Source of the DNA: an uncultured bacterium
GTDB lineage: Bacteria > CSSED10-310 > CAZUFC01
DNA length: 64,000 bases
Direction of reading: 5' to 3'
NCBI GenBank assembly: GCA_964619725.1
Contig: CAZUFC010000001.1
Location: forward strand, 1-64,000
Positions 41,674-49,382 of the stretch are shown here, one piece after another. The position numbers and the translations under genes are program-made. How positions within the stretch are numbered: the first letter of the stretch is position 1; each line of letters starts with the position of its first letter. The notes below the pieces were generated by a model. It did no database searches. It saw only the letters and a list, made by a program, of their open reading frames with translations, and was not told where the DNA came from.

Positions 41674-42500
41674 CCGACCAGGGGTCTTTTCGGCGTTATT
41701 TCGCTGTAACATTATTCGGTATCATAACAATGCGGATGTTTTTCGTTTTCGTCAATGCAGATTCAGAGGTCCATAATTTTACGGGCCGATGCGGAACGTG
41801 TCACTTGAATCTGGATGAATCCGTTGAAGATATCCCGGACCGCCTTCTTTTTACAAAGGATGTAAACGTCCTGTGTCGGGAATGTCATGCGGAGCACGAC
41901 CAGAATTCGCATCCGACGGGAACAACGCCGACGATGCTCGTCCCGGCCGATATGCCGCTGAACAGCTCCGGTGAAATAAGCTGCATTACATGTCATTTTC
42001 CCCATGAATCCTATCAGAATCCGGCATCACAAAAGAACCTCATGCTGCTGCGTCGTCGCCGGCCGGGAAAAACGTTCTGTATGAACTGTCATCCCGGAGG
42101 ATTCGAAAGTATGCGTCTCAGTCATGAATCCGTCCTGACTCTCGCACATTCCCGAAAACGCAAATACCGGTCTACAGGAACTGAGATCATAGACAAAGCG
42201 TCCCAGGAATGTATTTCCTGCCATGACGATTCATTTGCTTTCGGGGCGGACATGAGCATTAGTACAGGGGAATGGCTTCACGATTCCGGCGTGAGGCATC
42301 CCATCGGAAAGGCTTATCCGGATACTTTTCCGGATAACAGGTATTACCGGCCTATCGAAACTCTGGACCCCGCAATAAGGTTGACGGAGAACGGCAAAAT
42401 AGGCTGTGCGACATGCCACGACAAATTTTCACCGCACGATAAATACCTGGTTATGTCCAACAATCGAAGCAGGTTGTGCCTTTCCTGTCACGACAAGTAA
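41670..42500 (+). CDS. Heptaheme cytochrome c
   Basis: Seven CxxCH motifs with SHP/HP distal His motifs and an N-terminal hydrophobic leader. Confidence 0.9.
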   Translation: MTDQGSFRRYFAVTLFGIITMRMFFVFVNADSEVHNFTGRCGTCHLNLDESVEDIPDRLLFTKDVNVLCRECHAEHDQNSHPTGTTPTMLVPADMPLNSSGEISCITCHFPHESYQNPASQKNLMLLRRRRPGKTFCMNCHPGGFESMRLSHESVLTLAHSRKRKYRSTGTEIIDKASQECISCHDDSFAFGADMSISTGEWLHDSGVRHPIGKAYPDTFPDNRYYRPIETLDPAIRLTENGKIGCATCHDKFSPHDKYLVMSNNRSRLCLSCHDK

Positions 42501-42509
42501 GGAGCGTCC

Positions 42510-43106
42510 TTGAAGAATCCCGAAAAAAAATTCACGCACAGAAGAACCTATTTCGTCATGAAATCGTTCCAGGCCAGATTTATATTAGTATCCGCTCTGC
42601 TGATCATTGCAGGACTCGCCGCCGCAGCCTGGTATACTGCATACGAAGTCCGGGATGCCCTGGAAAACGCGCTTTATCGCTCGCACATTACTCAGGAATC
42701 CACCGGACAATTCATATTGCCCATCCTGCTTAGGGTTAACATACTCGCCGCGGCAGCTTTCCTGGCTCTCGCCCTCATCATCTTTACCGCTTTGAAAAGA
42801 CGCTATAACTCGTATTTCGAGCGTTTAACGCGAAAAATGAACTTCCTCCCAGACCAGGAGGATACGGTTCTTCCGGCAGTAAATTCACCTTTTTCAGACA
42901 TTGAAAAGAATCTGGAGCAATTCAAAAAAGATGTGGAGCAAAATCAAAGGGAATGCCGCAGCATGATGAAACAAGGACAGGATTTACTCCAGGATATACG
43001 ATCATTAAGGTCCCGTAATGACAAAAGAGAAGTTTTGATCTTAAAAGAAAAATTGGACGCCTATCGTTCCAATATGACAAAAATTTCAACTCGTTATTCA
43101 ATTTAA
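42510..43106 (+). CDS. Two-TM membrane protein with coiled-coil tail
   Basis: RRTYF..SFQARFI N-terminus and two hydrophobic helices. TTG start after AAGGAG. Confidence 0.65.
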   Translation: MKNPEKKFTHRRTYFVMKSFQARFILVSALLIIAGLAAAAWYTAYEVRDALENALYRSHITQESTGQFILPILLRVNILAAAAFLALALIIFTALKRRYNSYFERLTRKMNFLPDQEDTVLPAVNSPFSDIEKNLEQFKKDVEQNQRECRSMMKQGQDLLQDIRSLRSRNDKREVLILKEKLDAYRSNMTKISTRYSI

Positions 43107-43108
43107 GC

Positions 43109-44212
43109 ATGAGTGTTCCAGAATCCAGCGAAATGAAGCCGGGCTGCGGACCTGAAAGGAAACAACGCCGATTCAGCAGCCGCCTGATTCAGCGAGGCGG
43201 TTTATGCCTGGGCGTGTTGTTCGCATTTTTCCTGCAGTCGATGCTCTGCTGGACCTGTATTTTGAAAAAGCCTCCTTCGGCAGATCAAATCATCCGCTGG
43301 CCTGATGCGGGGAAGGAGCGAATCAGGTTTTTGAAGACGGTATCGAGTCCGAAGGAAATGGGAGTGGGAATCGGATTAATGAAACAGGCGGTTTCTGTTT
43401 TCAGCGGGAGGAAAGCGACCCGGATAATGCATCCTGTGGGAGGGAGTTCGTATAAAAGCGACGTGGTGGTCGTTTTGGACTCTTATCAAAAGGGCATACA
43501 CCGTTTTGACCTTCGAGAAGGCAGATATAAGTTCATCGAGGGTATCGGGAATGTGAGACTGCAATCCCCGGTTGATGCAGCTTTTTCGAAAGACGGCCGC
43601 CTTTTCGTAACCGATTCGAAAGCAGGCCGGATATTCCGATTCAAAGCCGACGGGAAAGGGGATGCCGTTTTAAAGAGTGACCCTCCTTTGCAAAGACCAA
43701 CGGGCATATGCTACCATGCTGCTGATAATATGATTCTGGTCTCGGAAACCGTCGCCCACAGAGTAGCGAAACTGTCACTTGATGGAAAGCGGCTGGGTTT
43801 CATAGGCCGGAGGGGAACGGGAGAAGGTTGTTTCAATTTTCCGGTACACCTTGCCGTCGACCGGCAGGGAATGCTTTACGTATGCGATGCCATGAACTTC
43901 AGGATTCAGAAATTCAAAGAGGGGAAATATGCGGGAGAGTTCGGAACATTAGGCGACGGGTACGGCAGTTTTTCGAAACCAAAAGGTATCGCCGTTGATT
44001 CCAAAGGTCATATTTATGTCGCTGACTCATTTTTAGAAGCAGTGCAGATATTTTCGCCGGAAGGCGACCTGCTTCTTGTAATAGGACGGCCGGGACATGA
44101 AGCGGGAGAATTCTGGCTTATTTTGGGACTATGGATAGATGAACGGGACAGATTGTACGTCGCCGATTCTTATAACCAGAGACTTCAGATTTTTCGGTAC
44201 GTTGGAGGATAA
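43109..44212 (+). CDS. NHL-repeat beta-propeller protein
   Basis: FNFPVHLA, DAMNFRIQ, FSKPKGIAVD and YVADSYNQRLQIF motifs. Confidence 0.88.
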   Translation: MSVPESSEMKPGCGPERKQRRFSSRLIQRGGLCLGVLFAFFLQSMLCWTCILKKPPSADQIIRWPDAGKERIRFLKTVSSPKEMGVGIGLMKQAVSVFSGRKATRIMHPVGGSSYKSDVVVVLDSYQKGIHRFDLREGRYKFIEGIGNVRLQSPVDAAFSKDGRLFVTDSKAGRIFRFKADGKGDAVLKSDPPLQRPTGICYHAADNMILVSETVAHRVAKLSLDGKRLGFIGRRGTGEGCFNFPVHLAVDRQGMLYVCDAMNFRIQKFKEGKYAGEFGTLGDGYGSFSKPKGIAVDSKGHIYVADSFLEAVQIFSPEGDLLLVIGRPGHEAGEFWLILGLWIDERDRLYVADSYNQRLQIFRYVGG

Positions 44213-44214
44213 TC

Positions 44215-45981
44215 ATGATCCAGGGCAAGGGCAGGAACTTATACGGCAGCCAAACCGCATTGATTGCCTGCGGCCTGTTGTTTTGCGCTCTCTCCGTCCG
44301 TGCAACGATAAAAATGGTCGACAGCCCCCATAACCTCTCTTCATCAGGCCCCGGACCGACCAGATTCCTGGACCGTGACGAAGTATGCGTCTTCTGCCAT
44401 ACGCCTCATGTTTCTGGTTCCGAAAAACCTCTCTGGAACGAAAAAATGCAATCCAGGCATCACAAGAAGCACGGTTCTCCGAACGTTCATTCCAGCCTTA
44501 GAGTCCCTACGGGAAAATCGAAGTTATGCCTGAGCTGTCACGACGGCACGGTAGCCCTGGGGACGGCGGGAGCATCGAACCAGCAGTCTTTGCAGAACCG
44601 GGACATGAATAAAGGTCAAAGAACGGATTTGGGAGTCGATCTGTCGAACGATCACCCCGTTTCCGTTCCATATCGTTCTCTTTCCTCATCATCGACCGCC
44701 TTGTCCTTACTCCCGTTAAGCGCCGCCGACCCCGTCAAACTCGATGAAACCGGCTGCATCCAGTGCACATCATGTCACGATCCTCATGACAACCAATACG
44801 GCGACTTCCTGGTTATGGATAACCATAAAAGCTCACTCTGCCTGCAATGTCACAACATACCCCATTGGGCGGGAAACGCACATCATACCTCCTCCGCCCG
44901 ATGGAACGGCCTTCCGCCCGATCCCTGGCCGGAATCCCGGAAAAAGAGGGTTTCAGATAACGGCTGCCTTAATTGTCATGATATTCACGGCGCAGCAGGA
45001 AAAAATGGACTGCTTAAAAATGCTGACGAAAATGAAGTCTGCCTCTCCTGCCACAATGCCAACGTCGCTGAATCCGACATCAAAAGCCGATTCGAAAAAT
45101 TCTCCAGGCACCCCCTGGCTGACTCAATGCGACAAACCGTCAGCCGGAAATGGAACGCTGCCCTTCCCAGGTACGTCCGATGCAGCGATTGCCATGACCC
45201 TCATAACGTCACTACCGCCCCGTCCGGAAATGTCATCGGTAAAATAAACGCCTCTCCTGACGATGCCTTACTGTCGCTTCCTCTTTCAACCGCGACAAAA
45301 AATGCTGAATACCGGTTATGCAGCCGATGCCACGGCGAACCCTCCGAAATGAGAAAACCCTATATCCCCCGACAAATCATTCAAACTAACGTCCAACGAG
45401 AATTCGATACGGATAATCCTTCCTACCACCCCATTGAAGCAGCCGGAAAAAATCCGGACGTCCCCAGCCTTATCCCGCCGTTAAATGAAAAAAGCCGGAT
45501 ATCCTGCACCGGTTGCCACGCTGATGACGACTCATCTCCCAACGCCTCCGGTCGATCAGGACCGCATGGCTCACGATACGCTCCGCTACTTCAAAAAAAA
45601 TACGAAACAATGGACTTCGCCATAGAATCCTCTGATTCATACGCCCTCTGCTATAAATGCCATGACAGAAATATCCTCCTCTCCGATCTCTCAGCCTTCC
45701 CCCTTCATCGCCTCCACGTCGTTGATTCCAAAACGCCCTGCGCAGCCTGTCATGACCCGCACGGCATAAGCGCCGAACAGGGAAATTCCCTCAATAACTC
45801 CAGGCTCATTAACTTCAATCTCCGCATCGCCTTCCCACACGCAAACGGACAATTGCGGTTTCTCTCCCACAGACCCCGGTCCGGAAACTGTACGCTCTTC
45901 TGCCACGGAAAAACTCACACAAGCTCTTCATACGGCGCAGGAACCAAAATTATAAATCGCCATATTCAACGGCCGAAATAA
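44215..45981 (+). CDS. About 12-heme cytochrome c with N-terminal OmcE-like module
   Basis: 11 CxxCH motifs plus CTLFCH. The first four hemes follow HNLS..CVFCHTPH..PLWN..SKLCLSCHDG..DLSNDHPV..CTSCHDPH..LCLQCH. Confidence 0.88.
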   Translation: MIQGKGRNLYGSQTALIACGLLFCALSVRATIKMVDSPHNLSSSGPGPTRFLDRDEVCVFCHTPHVSGSEKPLWNEKMQSRHHKKHGSPNVHSSLRVPTGKSKLCLSCHDGTVALGTAGASNQQSLQNRDMNKGQRTDLGVDLSNDHPVSVPYRSLSSSSTALSLLPLSAADPVKLDETGCIQCTSCHDPHDNQYGDFLVMDNHKSSLCLQCHNIPHWAGNAHHTSSARWNGLPPDPWPESRKKRVSDNGCLNCHDIHGAAGKNGLLKNADENEVCLSCHNANVAESDIKSRFEKFSRHPLADSMRQTVSRKWNAALPRYVRCSDCHDPHNVTTAPSGNVIGKINASPDDALLSLPLSTATKNAEYRLCSRCHGEPSEMRKPYIPRQIIQTNVQREFDTDNPSYHPIEAAGKNPDVPSLIPPLNEKSRISCTGCHADDDSSPNASGRSGPHGSRYAPLLQKKYETMDFAIESSDSYALCYKCHDRNILLSDLSAFPLHRLHVVDSKTPCAACHDPHGISAEQGNSLNNSRLINFNLRIAFPHANGQLRFLSHRPRSGNCTLFCHGKTHTSSSYGAGTKIINRHIQRPK

Positions 45982-46131
45982 GCGTCCAGATTCCCGCAGA
46001 TTAGAGCAAGGAGTACCGGAGGATTGCGGAAGCATACCGGCGCCATGTTGAGCAAGCCCGCAGGGAGCAGCGCTTGATGGTAAGGTGATATGGACGTTCG
46101 TTACAGGGTTTGTATGAAAAATCCGGGTTGA
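45982..46131. mobile_element. Palindromic element family C, copy 2 (left end missing)
   Basis: GCGTCCAGATTCCCGCA..TGCGGAA..TGTTGAGCAAG..ATATGGACG..TTTGTATGAAAAAT is shared with 25966-26106. Confidence 0.6.
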
Positions 46132-46364
46132 AACCGTATTGTAATGAAAGTTGTCTCATTATAGTTTTGAAACACACCGGCGGGGCTGCTTTCTTCTAAC
46201 TTCCAGTCTTTGCAGTAATTTCCTGTTCAAATGGCGATGAACGGTCCGCTGCGGGTTATTTCAGGAAAAAAGAGGATCGAAATATGTGAATTTTTATTTC
46301 GGCATGAATGAAACCTTGGGAACAGGATGATAGAGGATAGCGTCTCTGTTCGGACATGAGTGAC

Positions 46365-46380
46365 GGGCAGGAAAATTGCA
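46365..46380 (+). promoter_or_regulatory. sigma54 -24/-12 promoter of the tetraheme OmcE-like gene
   Basis: GGGCAGGAAAATTGCA (GG-N10-GC), followed by a double GGAGG RBS and ATG at 46444. Confidence 0.7.
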
Positions 46381-46443
46381 TATTTTATTCTGATGAGAAC
46401 TTTTTTTGAAATGATACATTTTAATGGAGGAAATAGGAGGATT

Positions 46444-47073
46444 ATGAAAAAAGTATTATTTACAATGGGAGTTGCGGCAGTAGTGACGGCAATAATGAGT
46501 CTGGGAACGACGAGTTTTGCGGGCATAGTTGGTTCAGCGCATGATTTTTCTGCTGAAGCGTGGTCCGGCGGCAGGATTTGCATTGTTTGTCATACGCCTC
46601 ATAATGCAGACACGAGCATATCGGAAGCGCCCTTGTGGAATCATGAATTAACGACAGCGACCTTTACGCTGTATTCCAGTCCGACGTTGGATGCGACGCT
46701 CGGACAGCCCGGCGGAGCGTCGAAGCTTTGTTTAAGTTGTCATGACGGGACGGTAGCGATAGACAGTTTCGGAGGAGCGACGGGTACCGAGTTCATAACG
46801 GGTGCGGCTCTGTTAGGAACTGATTTAGCGAACGACCATCCGATTTCATTCACTTATGATACGGCGTTAGCGACGCAGGACGGCGAATTGTTCGATCCGG
46901 CGACCGCTCCCAGCGGATTGGGCGGAACGATTGACGATGATATGCTTTTTGAGGACATGATGCAGTGCGCATCCTGTCACGACGTCCACAACACGGTGAG
47001 TGAGGGCAACCAGAAGTTGCTGGTGATAGACAATACGGGCAGTCTTTTGTGCCTGACATGCCATGACAAGTAG
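46444..47073 (+). CDS. OmcE-like tetraheme cytochrome c (putative nanowire subunit)
   Basis: Signal peptide (SFA) and the motifs HDFS..CIVCHTPHNA..PLWN..TFTLYSS..CLSCHDG..LGTDLANDHPI..CASCHDVH..LCLTCHDK. This matches the motif order of Geobacter OmcE as I recall it. Confidence 0.85.
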   Translation: MKKVLFTMGVAAVVTAIMSLGTTSFAGIVGSAHDFSAEAWSGGRICIVCHTPHNADTSISEAPLWNHELTTATFTLYSSPTLDATLGQPGGASKLCLSCHDGTVAIDSFGGATGTEFITGAALLGTDLANDHPISFTYDTALATQDGELFDPATAPSGLGGTIDDDMLFEDMMQCASCHDVHNTVSEGNQKLLVIDNTGSLLCLTCHDK

Positions 47074-47121
47074 AACAAGGAACGCTATTCTTTTCTAACG
47101 AATAACAAGAGCTCAGCTAAC

Positions 47122-47166
47122 ATCAAACGGCATTTTCCGCAAGGGAAGATGCCGTTTGATTTTTTT
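47122..47166 (+). terminator. Rho-independent terminator
   Basis: Stem ATCAAACGGCATTTTCC / GGAAGATGCCGTTTGAT followed by a T tract, between convergent genes. Confidence 0.85.
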
Positions 47167-47179
47167 GTTCTTCGTTTTT

Positions 47180-48910
47180 TTATTTTTTCAAATAGCGATA
47201 GAGAGTAGCTCTTCCGATTTTCAGGAGCGCCGCCGCTTTTACTTTATTGCCGCCGGTTTGCTTGAGCGCATCGAGGACGATTTCACGGGAGAGTTTTTTA
47301 GGTCGTCCTGCTTTGGGTTGTTTTTCTTTTTCTGAGGATTTCTTTGATATGTAGTGGGGCAGGTGGCAGGATTCCAGTGTAATGCTTTTGCATTTGATGG
47401 CGGCATATTGAAGTGCATTTTGCAGTTGCCTGATGTTTCCCGGCCAGGAGAAGTCGCGTAAAGCTGACAGAAAATCGGGCGAGCAGGTTATTTTGCGTCC
47501 GAATTCAGTAGCCAGTCCCTGGAGGAAAAAGTCCACCAGGAGATCGATGTCATCGAGGCGTTCGCGCAAAGGCGGAAGAGTAATCGGGAATCCGCACACC
47601 CGGTAATAGAGGTCTTCACGGAATTTACGTTTTCTCATCAGTTCTTCCAGGTTTCTATTGGTGGCGCTTATGACGCGGACATCAACCTTTTTAGTCTGTT
47701 CGCTTCCGACGCTCGAAAAGACGCCGCTTTGGAGGACCCGAAGGATTTTCACCTGCATGAAAAGACTCAGTTCACCGATTTCATCCAGGAAAATTGTTCC
47801 TCCGTCAGCCAGTTCGAACCTCCCTTTTTTATCCCTGACTGCGCCGGTAAAAGCGCCTTTGACGTGTCCGAACAGCTCGCTTTCCAGAAGTCCTTCGGGA
47901 ATGGCGCCGCAGTTGATAACTACAAAAGTTTTTTTTCTTCTTTTGCTGATCTTGTGGATGGCTTCCGCCACCAGCTCCTTGCCGGTACCGCTTTCGCCCT
48001 GGATAAGAACGGAGACGTCGGTAGGACCTACATCCTTTATGTTCTCGAATATCTCACGGATAAGCGAAGATTTTCCCACCACTCCCATGAAGTGATTTTT
48101 GGGATTATATCTTGTTTTTTTCTTTTCGCTGCGCTCAAAATCCCGGATGGAAACAACAGCGCCGATAACCTTCTCATTACAGTTCCTTATCGGCATGATT
48201 GAGATTTCGGCCGGACGTCTTTTTCCGTTTCTTAACTCTATCTGACGAAAATACCGGAACGCGTCGAATGAATTGCTTGCAGCTTCATAAAAAGGGCATT
48301 CGGAACCGCACAACGACCTGGGAAAAACTTTACGGCATTCCTTTCCCAGCACTTCTTCCCTCGAATACCCGAAAATAAGCTCTGCAGAACGGTTGAAATA
48401 AGTTATGCGCCCATGCTGATCGTGAATGACCATGGCTGAATCCGCATTTTCAAGATAGGACAGCCATTTAATCCGGTTTGACTTCAGTACGTTTATATTG
48501 CCCTTCATCAGGAGGTCCTTTATTTTAACCTCCAATCGGCGCCTCATATCCTCATATCGTTCGTCAGCAAATTCTTCATTACCTTCCCGCTCTCTATCAT
48601 AGGAAAAATCAGACCAGTGAATTATTGAAGGATTCCCCGGAAGAGCCTGCCATGGTTCAATGATACATTCTTCAAATGTTACGATGACGTCGCTGTTGAT
48701 GATTTTATTGATGGTGACGAATTGTGAAGACGCTTCGGCAATATTGAATCCTTTTTTTTTCAATGCTTTTAACACGCCCTCGTTCGGTTTTTCACTGTCC
48801 GTCACCGCGCATTCCACCCGGAAATCTCCCGGTAATTCTTGCTCGGCTATTGATTTGGATATCAGGCTTAATCCGTTCCGCCCCGACGATATGAACAAAA
48901 TATTCATCAT
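47180..48910 (-). CDS. sigma54-dependent activator: ArsC/LMW-PTP-like + PAS + AAA+ + Fis HTH
   Basis: GESGTGKE, ESELFGHVKGAFTGA, FLDEIGE, WPGNIRQL and an HTH. PAS motif FNRSAELIFGYSREEVLG. The start is probably MMNILF (the ORF track begins at 49039). Confidence 0.9.
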   Translation of the reverse strand: MMNILFISSGRNGLSLISKSIAEQELPGDFRVECAVTDSEKPNEGVLKALKKKGFNIAEASSQFVTINKIINSDVIVTFEECIIEPWQALPGNPSIIHWSDFSYDREREGNEEFADERYEDMRRRLEVKIKDLLMKGNINVLKSNRIKWLSYLENADSAMVIHDQHGRITYFNRSAELIFGYSREEVLGKECRKVFPRSLCGSECPFYEAASNSFDAFRYFRQIELRNGKRRPAEISIMPIRNCNEKVIGAVVSIRDFERSEKKKTRYNPKNHFMGVVGKSSLIREIFENIKDVGPTDVSVLIQGESGTGKELVAEAIHKISKRRKKTFVVINCGAIPEGLLESELFGHVKGAFTGAVRDKKGRFELADGGTIFLDEIGELSLFMQVKILRVLQSGVFSSVGSEQTKKVDVRVISATNRNLEELMRKRKFREDLYYRVCGFPITLPPLRERLDDIDLLVDFFLQGLATEFGRKITCSPDFLSALRDFSWPGNIRQLQNALQYAAIKCKSITLESCHLPHYISKKSSEKEKQPKAGRPKKLSREIVLDALKQTGGNKVKAAALLKIGRATLYRYLKK

Positions 48911-49176
48911 CTTTTTCCGTAATTTATCACCTGGCTTATTCTGAAGATTATTATCGTCTGAAATCACGGAATTCTTTTCATTCCGCTGCCAGTCATCATT
49001 TTTAAAGCGCTGCCCAGAATCAGAAGATTCTATTCTCATATAAAAGAATTGTTGTATAAAGTCAAGAGACCATCAGTTTCTCTTTTCCTGAGACGGAGAG
49101 AGAGATGCTTTTGCTGAGACGAGACGGACGGGGCAGTTCAACGCGGGCTTTGGGGGATTGTTTTACTTTTGATTTC

Positions 49177-49204
49177 TTGACTTTTGTGCGCCGATTATTA
49201 TGAT
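49177..49204 (+). promoter_or_regulatory. Possible sigma70 promoter
   Basis: TTGACT-N16-TATGAT. Confidence 0.4.
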
Positions 49205-49382
49205 TAAATTCAGATACTTCCGACTGGATAAGAATGGGTCAGCGAAGTCTCCATACATAATTGCCAGTGATCCGTAAATCCAGACAAGGGTTAACATCCG
49301 TCGCTTCTGCATTCTCATTTACAGACCGGCCATTTTTATCAGTCGAAAAGCGTCAAAGAAAAGAAAACGACAGGAGGAAATA

